Source: Gracilinanus agilis
Taxonomy: Eukaryota
DNA: 64,000 nucleotides
Direction: 5' to 3'
Assembly (NCBI RefSeq): GCF_016433145.1
Contig: NC_058132.1
Span: forward strand, 511,426,811-511,490,810
In this document: positions 50,401 to 62,720 of the stretch, piece by piece
Position numbering within the stretch: the stretch's first letter is position 1
How the letters are laid out: each line of letters starts with the position of its first letter
Notes under the pieces: model-generated
Told to the model about the DNA's origin: nothing
The model's input: the letters and a program-made list of their open reading frames with translations, nothing else
The model's database searches: none
Program-made: the position numbers and the translations under genes

Positions 50401-53400
50401 GCTATATGACTCTGGGCAAGTCACTTAACCCCCATGGCATAGCCTTTACCACTCTTCTGCCTTGTAACCAATGCACAGTATTGATTCTAAGATGGAAGGT
50501 AAAGGTTTCAAAATAAAAGAAAATTTAAAAAAGAAAGACTTTTGCAGAATGTTTATGCTCTCTAAACCATTGTTGTCTCACCAGAAACTATGTTAGGATT
50601 CTGTGTATACTCAGTCTTACTCCTAGCCACCTGCAGGTATGTGGGAAGTGATCAGTGTAAGAATTTAAAATTTAGGTTTCATGTTAATGTGAGAATTCTA
50701 TAGTAATTTTGGGGTCACTGATTTCAAGATATTATAACTGAAGTAAAGATGACCTTTAGTAGCTTTATTTACAAATAGATGGAATGAATGAAAGTTGGAA
50801 AATGTAAGAAGAAGATAAAGAATTATCTAGCTTAGCACCCTAAGTGCTGCTCTAGTGTGGGGCTCAGCTCCAGCAAGGGCTTCACCATGTCCCTTGACCC
50901 CACTTGGATTTTCCAGTAATTCTCAGCCAGAAGTCTGTTGGTGTCCTCAGAAAGGGTTATACCAATGCAACCTCCTCCAGGAAAGGCAGGTCTTTCTGGA
51001 ACCAATCTATCCAGAAGCCAGGAAAGGAAGGCCAGCTTCTCCACCCACCCCAGGGGAGGTCATCTAACACTGAAGTCCAAAGGAGAAGATCCAGGAGCAG
51101 TCTTCTAAGAAGTAGTCCAAGAGCCAAAGTCCCAGCTCAAAGTGAAGCCAAAGTCTAAAAGTCCCTTGCACAGGATCTCCAGGACTTTTTACAGTCCTTT
51201 TTACCATGTCTCTTCCAGTCCCTTCCTCCACTTTACAGGAACCAACTGCAGCCTTTCAATTTGCCTAGCACTGCCCAGGAACAGGGCAGTGGCCTCTGAA
51301 GTTGACACCCACTTTAGCAAGTGGCTTGGGAACTTAATTAGTGTTAAGTAGGAGTGCTTAAGTTTTTGACTGATTAACTTAAAAACTGTTGATTGATAGA
51401 CAAAGAAAGTTTGATTCCCTCTTCACACCAGATAGACATCATATTTAACTTACCTCTGATTCTATTTAATTCCTTAACTCTTTATTTATTTTTTGGTTAT
51501 ATTTAACTAGTTCTGAGAAGGGAAAATTAAAGTCCCCCAATATGATTATTTTCTTATCTATTTCAATCTTTATCTCATTTCATTTTTTCCTTAAAAAAAT
51601 CTGGAAACAATTACCTATGCTGCCAACAATTCCAATATTGGTAATGCTTCATTATCCATAGTACCTCTTACATAAGACTTATGTTCTTTGCTTTCTGTCA
51701 TTGTCCCTTTAGCCTTGAGTAATTCCTCATACTGAGTTTCCATTCTATCTAGTTTAGTCTCTAGATAGTTCACTTTTAACTTTAGGTCAGTCTTTGCAGG
51801 AGCTTGCTTGATATCTGCTTTTAAATGTTTAAAAACAACTGCCAAAGATTCAATCATTATGCAATCAGGGATATCTGGTGCCCAGGTTGCAGACACAGCT
51901 ATTCTGTCTGCAGACTGTAGTGGTATCCTTGGGGATACAAGCTGTGGGGCTCAGCAAACAAAGTGAGATTGCTAATCCTGTCCTCTGGGGTTGCCTTGTT
52001 GATTCCACTAAAATATGATCAAAATGGATACATGAACTAGACATAAAAGGAGATATAAGGAATTTAGAAGAATAGGGAGCATGTTACCAATCAGATGTAT
52101 GGATAAGAAAGGAATTGATGAGCCAAAGATATGAAAAACTTTATGAAATATAAAAAGGACAATTCTGAGTTCATTAAATTTAAAAGGTTTTGTATAAATA
52201 AAACAAATTTTGCCAAGATCAGAAAGCAGAAAATGGAGGAAGAATTTTATAAACAGCCCCTCCGATAGAGGCCTCATATGTTGAAAACAGTGCCAAATTC
52301 ATAAGAATAAGAGCAATCCTCCATTTGATAACTGAATAGGAACAGACAATTTTTGGATGAAGAAATCAAAGCCATATTCAGGTCTTTGAAAAAATGCTCT
52401 AACTCACTACTGTCTCGAGCAGTGATGGGCAAACTACAGCCCACAGGCCAGATGTAGTCCCCTGAAATGTTCTGCCCTGCCTCAACATTATTCCTAATCT
52501 GACCAATACAATGAGTAGGATACAATACAGTGAAACTTTGAAAGAGTTGCCTTAGAAAGAGACTGACAGATGAGCATTTCCTTCCTTTTGGCCCCCTCTT
52601 TAAAAAGTTTGCCCATCACTGGTTTAGAGAAATGTAAACCAAAACAATTCTGAAATATAACCTCACACACACCAGGAAGGCTACAATGACACAAGGGCAA
52701 AATGACCAATGTTGGAAGAGATGTGGAAAAAATGGGGCCATTAATATGCATTTTGGGGGGCTGAGAACTAATCTAACCACATTCAAGAACAACCAAATGG
52801 TTAACCAAATGTTGGTATATTATTATGATGGAATACCTCTGTCCCATGAGAAAGGATGAGCAGTCTAATTAGGAAAAAAAATGGAAAGAATTATCCAGGA
52901 TGATGAACAGTGAAATGAGCATAACCAGGAGAATATAATATACAGTGGAAGAATTAATACTGGAAGAATAACTTGTGAATGTTACCTTCATAGAGTGAAC
53001 TGAAAGGTGAAAATGTGAAAGACTTAATTCCTATGAACATATTGCTCTCCCAGCTGTGATGTGGGGAGGATAGGCAGGGGCTTAGACACTTGAGGATAGG
53101 TTTCATTAAGTAGATGTGAAGGAAAGTAAGTAAATATATAAGAGATTTATGAATTCATTTATTAGCAAAATTATTTTGCACGTGGAAATGTATGTTCTTT
53201 TTGGTTTTGTAAAATTTGGAATAAAAATTTGATGGCCCTGAGTAAGACACCAGAAAAAATGAGGACACTAGAAGCCTAAAGGAACTTCTACTGAATTAGA
53301 AAATTTATCTAAAGAAATAATTGTATTATGAAAAATTATATGAAATAAGACCAACAGATCAATAGATGGTAGGGAATAGATAAGATATTTTATAAAATGA

Positions 53401-54110
53401 AATTTTATTGCTACCTTCTGTTTTCATATCTTTTTTCCCAATTTAGAACTTCCTTTGAATCTTTTTAGACAACTATCACATCAAAGAAGCAATTTTAAAA
53501 AATATTAATGCTGTTTCTATACCTATAATTAAAAAGGTGATAATTTCCATGCAATCCCCACTGGCTAGAAAGATGAAAGTGCAAGAATGGTTTCCTCTAA
53601 ACTGCCAATCTGGGAACACCAATGTGAATCTTCAGGTCCATCATTGATGGTTTTTTTTTAAAAAAAGGAAAATTTCAGAACACTGTTCTTTTGCAGAGAC
53701 AAGAAGCAGTGACAAACATAGGAGTTCTTAGCTTTGGAGAGAGGGAGTAAAGGGAAAAGCTCAAAGAATGAAGGTGCAAAAAAAGGCAGACTAAACTGGG
53801 GATCTTTGTTAATAGTAATAAGAAGAAAAGGGTTTGTTTGGTTTTTCCCCAAGAGGTGGCAATGGTGAATTGCTGGATAAGAAGAAAGGTGAGAAGTCAG
53901 CCCTAAAGCAGAGGCTGAAGCACTATCAAAACATGAGTTCTCACCTTTTGTGGGTGGAGTCAAGGGAGGAGCTACCAAAGACAGACATATAAAAAGACAC
54001 CTCACAACTGGGTCCTGGTGTCTTTGGCTGCCAGATCCCAAGGGAGAAAGGCAGGCATTATCTCTCCTGGAAGGAATATCTGAGAAGGAAGGAATCAGAA
54101 GCCTGGGAGC

Positions 54111-55520
54111 ATGGATCCAAGAGATTTGCTGGAAAACCTCAAGACAGATCTGACTTGCTCTATCTGCCTGGGCTACTTCACAGACCCAGTGACTGTCAGT
54201 TGTGGCCATAGCTTTTGCACAGTCTGCCTTCTGAGGTGCAGGGGAGAAGCAGAGTCAACATTCCACTGCCCAGAATGCAGAGGAATCATCGAAGAAGATG
54301 ATGTGTTGCCTAATAGGAATTTGCAGACTGTGTCTGTCACTGGCAAAAGGCTCAGACCTCATCTGCTTCAGAGCATTGTGGACCTGTCTGTGTGTCATAA
54401 ACATGGGGAGAAAGAGAAGCTCTTCTGTGAAGAAGACCAGAGACTTCTCTGTGGTTCCTGTTCATTATCCCCAGGGCACAAGGACCACAGAGTCCTTCCC
54501 CTGAAAATGGCTGCTGACAAGTGCAGGGACAAGATCAAGCACACCCTGAATAACTTACAACGAAAAAAAGAAGAATTTAATGTTGCCTTGGACAGAGCGG
54601 CCAGGAGAGAGGCACTCTGTGACAAGGCTATACACTCTTTGAAACAATCTTTTATTTCAGAATACAGGAAAGTACATGAATTCTTATGGGAGGAAGAAGA
54701 GCTCTATCTACAAAGACTAGACCAGCAATACACAGACATCTTGGCAAAACTGGAGCTCAACAAGACCAAACTGTCTCAACAGATTGAAAATCTGGAAAGA
54801 ATGCAATTAGAAGTAGAGGACAATTTGGAGAAGGGGCCCTTGGAAATGCTCCAAGATGTGAAAGGCACTTTGGAAAGGCATGAGGAGCTGCTACTTCAAG
54901 AACCAGAGGTTATTTCCCTTGCCTGGGCCACCAGCCCCATCACTGGCTTGAGAGAGATGCTCATGAAATTCCAGAGGGATATCAGTCTTGATCCTGATTC
55001 AGCCCATCCACATCTCATCCTGTCTGAAGATCTGAAGAGTGTCAAGTATGGAGATGTCCCACAGGAGGTTCCTGACAACCAGGAAAGGTTTGATTATGCT
55101 CTTGCTGTACTGGGGGCCCAAAGCTTCACTTCAGGTAAACACTATTGGGAGGTTAAAGTAGGAGATAAGACAGTGTGGAAACTGGGAGTCTGTAAAGATT
55201 CAATCAGGAGAAAAGGTCAACCATCCCCATTATGTGAGGAAGTATGGTACCTAATAAGCCTCAGATATGGAAAGAATTACTTTCTCTTGAATTCTAAAGG
55301 TGGAATTAATCAGAGCCAGCCTATAAAGAAAGTGGGAATTTTCCTGGATTATGATAAAAGACATGTCGCATTTTATGATGCCATAGAGGGATCCTTACTT
55401 TGTAGTTTCTCAGAAATGACCTTTGAAGGGTCTCTTCGTCCTTACTTCTCTCTTTGCTGTCAGAAAGAAGAAAGTACTCCTGTGTCAATTATGATAACTA
55501 ATATGGGAGATTCTCAGTGA
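54111..55520 (+). CDS. TRIM E3 ligase, gene B with divergent PRY/SPRY, 469 aa
   Basis: Same as the middle copies to codon 285, then about 57 of 184 residues differ with no indels or stops. Confidence 0.97.
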   Translation: MDPRDLLENLKTDLTCSICLGYFTDPVTVSCGHSFCTVCLLRCRGEAESTFHCPECRGIIEEDDVLPNRNLQTVSVTGKRLRPHLLQSIVDLSVCHKHGEKEKLFCEEDQRLLCGSCSLSPGHKDHRVLPLKMAADKCRDKIKHTLNNLQRKKEEFNVALDRAARREALCDKAIHSLKQSFISEYRKVHEFLWEEEELYLQRLDQQYTDILAKLELNKTKLSQQIENLERMQLEVEDNLEKGPLEMLQDVKGTLERHEELLLQEPEVISLAWATSPITGLREMLMKFQRDISLDPDSAHPHLILSEDLKSVKYGDVPQEVPDNQERFDYALAVLGAQSFTSGKHYWEVKVGDKTVWKLGVCKDSIRRKGQPSPLCEEVWYLISLRYGKNYFLLNSKGGINQSQPIKKVGIFLDYDKRHVAFYDAIEGSLLCSFSEMTFEGSLRPYFSLCCQKEESTPVSIMITNMGDSQ

Positions 55521-56239
55521 GAAGTGAATGAAAATGACCTTCTTTTCATTTAAACTCCTGCTAAAATGGATATTATAATTAAGTAAAATTATCAAACCAT
55601 ATAAGAATAGTATGAACAACTTGTGGTATGTGATTGTATGAAATACTGTTGTGCCATAAGAAATGAGAATGAAGATGATCAAAAACGATACAGAACCATG
55701 TAAAGATTTGTATAAATGCAAAGTGAAGAGAGCTGAACCAGGAGAATATTGTACATAATAACATCCAATGAACAACTGAAAATGACTTAAATATTATCAA
55801 TATGACAAATGTTCTAGGACAATTCTAAGGGACTTGTGGTGAAAAGGAGTTTTCACTGCTACAGAAGAAACTCTTGGGGTCTGCATATTTAAATATACCA
55901 TTCTTTACTTCATTACCTCAATGAATTCTTCTTTAGAGTGTAAGCAATAAATGTCTTTTTTTACAACATGATGAATAAGGCAATATGTACTTCATAATTT
56001 ATACAACCTATATCATATTGCTTGTCTTCTTGGGGAAGGGTGGTAGAGAGGTGGATTAAAAGAACAAGATAAAGATTATTGGACATAGCTAAGGTGATAA
56101 TACGTTTCTCTTGGATAAGCATATTTGTTACTATTTATTACATATTTATAAAAAATCTTGTATTATATTATTGTTATGTTATCTATAAACATTAAACATT
56201 GTTAATTTTAAAAGAATACAGTTTAATTTTTTCATTGTT

Positions 56240-56405
56240 GGAACAGAAGAAGGAGGAAGAAAGAGGCTAGGAGTGAGTGGGGGAGCAGAAGTAGGAGAAG
56301 GATGAGGGGAGGATGTGGAAGGAGAGGGAGAGGGAGAGGAGGAGGATTAGGAAAAGTAGGATGGGAGAGAATTTGAAGGAGAAGTAAGATAGGGAGGGAG
56401 AAGGA
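56240..56405 (+). repeat. GA-rich polypurine tract (homologue at 24070-24220 in each unit)
   Basis: Nearly pure A/G on the plus strand. Confidence 0.8.
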
Positions 56406-56660
56406 GGACTTCTGTTGGTGCGGCCAAGATGGAGGAGTAACTAGGGCAGCAGCATGCCATTTCACCACAAAAATCCTCTCCTACCAAGAGTAAAATATCG
56501 CCACAAAAAAATATGAGTGAAAGAACCAAAAATGAGACAGAGGGAAACAACCTTCAAAAAAAGAAAAATTCAAAAGGTAGGCAGAGGCCATCCGGGGAAC
56601 TGAGGTAAGAGGGGAGCAGAGTTAGCAGGAGACATAGCAGTAAGTGAGGAGCAAGGCAAT
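56406..56660 (+). mobile_element. L1 5' UTR start
   Basis: ggacttctg..gcggccaagatggaggagta resembles the L1 5' terminus (CCAAGATGGCGG). Confidence 0.6.
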
Positions 56661-56699
56661 AGCAAGTCATATCCCCACCCCCCACCCCCACTGGCCCAT

Positions 56700-58250
56700 A
56701 CATCTGTTCTCACAGGGTTCTGAACTTAAGTTCAAGCTGTCAGATTCTGAGATCTAACACCCCTTGAATAAGTGGATTCTAGAGTCTTTACCATTAGCAG
56801 CTACTTAATCCTATACTTAGCCTCAGACAAAAGATTTCCTAGCCTACCCTCCACCCAAAAGTTAATTAAATCTTGAGTTGTGACATACTTAATAAAGGTG
56901 TGAAGTCCTCAAAGGAAACATACCCTTACTTGTGAATTTTCACACTCTGTCCTTAATCCCTAGCCACATGAAAACCTAGCTAGTATTGCCACCTACTGAC
57001 CAAAACCAGAATTACAAGCCATATAAAATATATTAGATGAAGCAACATGAATGCCACTGTACTAGAAAATCTAGTTATCACCCAATTAGGAAACTTTAAG
57101 GTTTTGGAATGCCTCGCTCTCTTTATGTTATTAGGAAACTTTATTTTCCAAATCATAAATGCTAAAAAACAAAACGTTACCATAAGAAAAATGTAAGCTG
57201 ACATGCAAATTCTCAAACACTGCTTATATGGCCCAATGGAAAAGGAGGATTCTAAACAAATAATGTCTAATTTTTCTAAGCCTGTTCCTGAACTACTAAG
57301 AGAGGAAAATCCTATTTCTCCTGAAATTTAGAAACATATGGATATGCCTGACATAAAGACCCTCTTCTCTTATGTTGCACACCTCCTAACTAAACTTTCA
57401 TCCCCTTCTCCTTCTCCTGATTGGCCTATCTTCTCCCATTCCTTCTTCCAGCCCATGACTTTGTCCAACTATATTACCAGTTCCTACCCATACTGCCACA
57501 GTAAACATACAAATAACTACGAGGAAATCAAGACCAGAGAGCAATTCTGATTCCTATGATGGCCTTTTCCCCTTAAGGGAAGTGTCCACAATAAGACATG
57601 ATGGAGATGTGGTTACATTAAAACAACATACACCTCCAATTCATAGATAAGCTCATTGAGCTGGGCGGTAGATACAGGGACCTTGACATTTCTATTGAAA
57701 AGTATATAAGACAAATAAGGGAACAATTTGTCAATAACTCTCATAAAGAGTTCCAAGATTACTTTAAAATACATTGCCCTAGGTGGCCTGAGATGGATCT
57801 TGAAGCATTAAGGAGAACTGCTGTTTTTGTCTCAAAAGGTCATAAAGAAAAGCAGGAAGAAACTAGTGATTTACTGTCCAAAATGGGGAAAGAACTAAAA
57901 TCTTTTAAGTAATAGAATGGATAAACATGAAATAGGGCATGATACTCAATTATTGGCAATTGTCCCTCTTCAAGAATCCAACTATCAATCCCTTACCTGC
58001 CACTTTTGTGAGAAGGACCATACAATGATGAACTGTAGGAATTTGTTAAGAGTAATCAGAAATAATACCCAGTTGAATAATAACTATGGAAATAATTATA
58101 GGAATAATAATTATAATAATAATTTCAGGAATTGTAACTTTAAGAATGATAAAAATCCTAGAAATATAAATTGGGAGGATAACTCATGCCAAGTGACCAC
58201 ACAACAATATCTTAAATGGAGCTCATCCATGAAATACACAGGGTGCTAAT
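56700..58250 (+). mobile_element. ERV remnant: LTR 3' end plus deleted gag (CA, NC)
   Basis: AATAAA near 56891 and ...tttcaca; LFPLREVST.., IREQFVNNSHKEFQDYFK.., degenerate zinc knuckle CHFCEKDHTMMNC. Confidence 0.7.
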
Positions 58251-59219
58251 GCCACTCCACATGGGGCAGATGGTGGTGCCCCTTAGACTCTATTGTTCTT
58301 GTTGATGTTAACCCTTTTCAGTTTTGTCTCCCCTTAAAAGAGCAAAGAAAAAAATGGATTTTGAATACAGTGCTTATCTAACCTTCTACTATATTTATTT
58401 GCACCATCCTTTTTGTAACATTTTGTGCCATTTTTAAAACATTTTTTCTTGACTGTATTAATAATTTTCTACCTCATTTGTACTCACACTGTGGATCAAG
58501 AAAAGTTAGAGAGGAAATAAATCTTATTTTTTGGCAAGTAGATCCTGTATTTTACCTCTGTGATTCTGAAATATATATTTAAATATTTTTGTTTTTCTTC
58601 CTGCATGTGCAATACAGTATTAAATTTTTTCTCTCATTTTTTTGAATTTGATGCACATGTCACCAGTATTAGAAGCACATTGAATTCCTGAGTTGTTATT
58701 TTACTTTTCCCTTTTATTTTTCTAATAGAATATTTGATTTTCCCCTTTTTTATTTCTTGTACTTAAAGTACATATAATTAATGTTAATCTTTTTTTGATT
58801 CTGCAGTAATATAAGTTTAAAACATATTTGCTATATTATTAATACATACCCAAAAGCTTTAGACTATGGAAACCTGTCATTTATTGAAAAATGTTATGGG
58901 ACTATGATCAATGTTTATGTCTGATTCTAGGAAATGGGATGAAAAAAGGAGCACAGACTTCATCTGCACAGTGCCATAGAAGCACAAAATTAACCTGAAT
59001 AGTGCCAAAAAAATAGAGCCCACAGGTCAAAAAAGAAACCAATCCAGGTAGGATTGTTGAACTTCTACACCAATACTAAAGGACTTGAACTTAGTGTGAG
59101 ACTCAAAGTTGCAATGTTTGACATATCTTAGGACGTAGGAGACTTTGTACTACACTGCCAATCAAGTACCTAATAATTGACTGTTCTGCCTCCCCTATCC
59201 CTGAGAAAGAAGTGAAATC

Positions 59220-59857
59220 TGTAATAAGGAACTTCTGGGACAAGAAGGAGAACAGCTTGAGTGACAGGGTCATTGGTTAAAGAACTTAGAATTAACCCAG
59301 GTGGCATGAACCAAAGCCAAAAGACAGTTGGGACCACCTCTATAAATACCCTTGGACTGCACCATCCAGGGTCTCAGTTTTGAGAAGAGAATCCTGGGAA
59401 GAAAGAGGTTGAGGGAGGGTAGGCCATAGACCTGCAAATCCAGCATCCAGACCTCAGTGCCATAGGAAGTCCATTTCACGTGATACCAATAGAGCTGAGA
59501 ACTATTAACACCACAACTGCTAAGAAGAACATCATTATCCTTCCTTGTCCTTTGGTTTGCACCATGGCTGGATCAGACCAGGGATTGAGAGAGGGAGAAG
59601 AATCTCTAACCTGCTATCAACCTGTTACCTATAGATTTAAATCAACTTAACTTAATTAGGCATAGTATAGCATTCCCAAACCTCTATCCTTATTCCTTGT
59701 TCCTAACCCTTTAGATAAGCAATAAATCCTGTTAAGGTTTAACCCAAGAGAAGATTGGTATTCCTTTCCTGATTAGTAACCATCTACAGCTATAGTGAAA
59801 GGGATTTATCAAACCGCCCAGTCAGAAAATTGCGGTTATCTGTTTAGCACATCAACA
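59220..59857 (+). mobile_element. Probable LTR
   Basis: TGTAATAAGG start, TATAAATA near 59341, AATAAA near 59721, ...TCAACA end; TSD unclear. Confidence 0.55.
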
Positions 59858-60589
59858 CCAGCCCAAAACAACCTTTTACCATCAAACCCAACCCCAAGCC
59901 AAGGGGGAGAGGAGTTGTTGAACATACATACCACTCCAACTTGATACTTTGGCTTGGGCACTGTTAAAGAGGCATAGGCTTGGCTAAGCTGAACTTTATA
60001 AGTCCTGGGAATTACTAGCACATTTGGTGATCACTCAGGCAACCTCATCTCTCATTTAGCCTAGATCCATCTACCACCTGAGGATCTTGAGCTAGCTTGG
60101 CAGGCTCAAATTAGAGCCTATCAGCCCCGATTTAGTCTAGCATCTGCTTTTATATCATCTTTTATTTTTCTTTAACAAATCAGATCAGGGAATGATACTT
60201 CCCTTTTACATAAAAATCTGGTCCTTTTTTTCTCTCTTATGGTATGGCAATACCACAATTCCTGTAATCTTGGCTGCCAATGGGTAAGTGCAATATTACT
60301 GCATTTTGTCCTATAGACTTATGGGAAAGAAATTACTTTAATTGGACCCTAATACAAGGACCTGTTATGAATTTATTCTTGTTTATTTAGAAATTTTTAT
60401 GTACATAGATTTTTAATATTTTGATTCTTATTTTGAATTTTTAATTTTTCCCAAAGTTTATTTCTTTTCTATTTGTTTTTCTTTTTATGTTTTTGGTTTT
60501 TCTTTTGATAATTGACTCATACACCCCGTAACTCATCGATGTATTATGAGCTGATCTGGGTGTTGGTCAACACCCTTTTCAGAGGGGAT

Positions 60590-61090
60590 TGCATTTTTTT
60601 TTTTTTACGACTTTGAATTTTTATTTTTTAGAAAAATTTTCCATGGTTACATGATTAATGTTCTTACTCTCCCCTCTACCCCTCCCCCCAATCCCATAGC
60701 TGACATGCATTTCCACTGATTTTAACATGTGTCATCAATCAAGACCTATTTCCATATTATAGATAGTTCTACTAGGATGGTTGTATAGTTTACTTCCCAA
60801 ATCATGTCCGCATCAACCCATGTGTTCAAGCAATTGTTTTTCTTCTGTGTTTTCACTCCTATAGTTCTTCCTCTGAATGTGGATAATGACTTTTCCATAA
60901 GTCCCTCTGAATTGTCCTGGATCATTGCATTGCTGCTAGTACAAAAGTCCATTACTTTCAATTTTACCGCAGTGTATCAGTCTCTGTGTACGATGCTCTT
61001 CTGGATCTGCTCCTTTCACTCTGCATCAATTCCTGGAAGTCATTCCAGTTCACGTGGAATTCCTCCAGTTTATTATTCCTTTTGAGCACA
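60590..61090 (-). mobile_element. L1 3' end
   Basis: Poly(T) near 60595; NNKLEEFHVNWNDFQELMQSERSR on the minus strand. Confidence 0.85.
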
Positions 61091-61910
61091 GTATAGGGAT
61101 AATAGGTAGGGGCAGAGTTGGGGAGAGCTGGGGCAGGAGGAGCAAGGGGCAGAATATACTTGAGAGGGGCTGAGGCAGAAGGGGAAGAGAGAGGGGCAAG
61201 GGGGAACGAATTAATTTGGTAGGAGGGAGGGACTAGGGCAGAGGCAGGGACAGGCAGATGGATGAGTTGAGTAGGAGGAACAAGATTGTGTAGAGTAGGG
61301 TGGGACAGAGATTGAATTGGCTCCAATAATGAGGAAGTAGGGAGAGATTTTTTTCCAGAGGATTTTTAAGTTTCTTCCCATGTTTTTTATGGAATTTTTT
61401 TTTTTTATCTCCCACAAAGTATCCTCCATACTTTCATTCTGAGTTCTGAGTCTAAACAAACAATTTTCCTATTTGCTCTTAAGGTGGAATATGTAGAGTA
61501 TCAAACCTATTTCACCGGCTATATACACATATTGCAAAATGCTTTTTGAACATAAGAGCCATTTTAAACTGAGAAGAGACAACATGTTTCCAACTCTGAT
61601 TATGCTGGTAAATTCCATATTAACTGGTATTAATTTACTTATTAGATTCATTGTAATTTTTTTAACCAGTAGATGGGGCTATTGGCTAGGGGTTAGAGTA
61701 AGAGTGTGGTCTTTTCAAGGACTTTATGTATGCCCTTAATCAACTAGCCGCGGGATAAAAAGGATTAACAAAGGACTCTAAGTGATTTTGAAAAAACAAA
61801 CATTTTGACTTAGCTTCTCAGTTGAAAATTGTAGAAACAGAAAAAAAGCCTGACTTGAGATAGTAAAGGAAAATTTAAGAAAATGGATGGAAACTTAAGG
61901 ATATTTGTCA

Positions 61911-61928
61911 GTCCCTTCGTGGTCACCA
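61911..61928 (-). other. Primer-binding site, probably tRNA-Arg
   Basis: One C>T (CpG-type) change from the complement of the vertebrate tRNA-Arg(TCG) 3' end, recalled from memory. Confidence 0.65.
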
Positions 61929-62169
61929 GAAAATGTAAAGGTTAAATTTAGTGGTTGGACTTAAATTATGTGAAATAATGTGGTTGCAGAAGTTATTATA
62001 TCTCATATCAGAAGTTTATTTACAAAATAGAGTGGAAACAATAATGTAGAGAAATGTGAGAGAGGTTAGAGAAAATACCTATACTAGTCCTGTAATGGAG
62101 AAATAGGCTTTAAGAGTAGGAAAAGAAAATTTAGCAGTTAAAAATTCCAACCTGGAACACAGCAAGGGA

Positions 62170-62720
62170 TTGAACAGAGAAAACTCTTTCTAAGGGCATT
62201 TGGGTTTTAAAGGAGTTGGAGAAGTCATAGCCACTGACCAGAGAGCCTGTGGATTTGGGTATCTCTGTGCTTTGAGCATCATTTCAAAAGCAACATCTCA
62301 ACTACCAAGATCTAGAAGAGCAGGTTGAGAATAGCTGTCTTGTTGGTGGACAAGCAAGATCAGTCTCCCTGACTTCTCTGAGCATTTATTTGACTGGTTA
62401 CCTGTGCTCTTGAGCTACTGATCAAGAACATCTGTGTGAGATCCCATTATTCCCTTGTGTCCTAGCTGCCTGCCATAGTGTTAGTGTAGGGATTACCCAG
62501 ACCTTTAACCTTGAATGTATCCCATAGGTGTTATATATAGTCTGTCTATAGTTATTTAGGGTAGGGTGACCTCTCCCCACATCTTTTACCCTTAAATTAG
62601 CTATTAAACTGTGTTTTTGTAACTTCCTCCTGTTTCATTTAATGAACCCAAAGGGCTCACTGTCATTTAATAGGAGGAAATCCCTGGCTCAGTTGGGCTA
62701 AAGTGACAGGTGACAGTTGT
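62170..62720 (+). mobile_element. Second LTR nested within the minus-strand LTR
   Basis: Unrelated LTR-like block with ATTAAA near 62603, ending ...ggtgaca; boundaries approximate. Confidence 0.45.

Larger units (their letters stand above)
22337..54966 (+). repeat. Tandem array, 8,042-bp unit, about 4.06 apparently identical copies
   Basis: All ORF calls recur at +8042; a spot-checked A14 tract is identical in all four units; last A-specific base at 22336, first B-specific base at 54967. Confidence 0.97.

Noticed and set aside
22337-54966. CRISPR-like, satellite or rDNA interpretation of the array
   Set aside because: The unit is an 8-kb gene-containing segmental duplication with no repeat-spacer structure or rRNA sequence.
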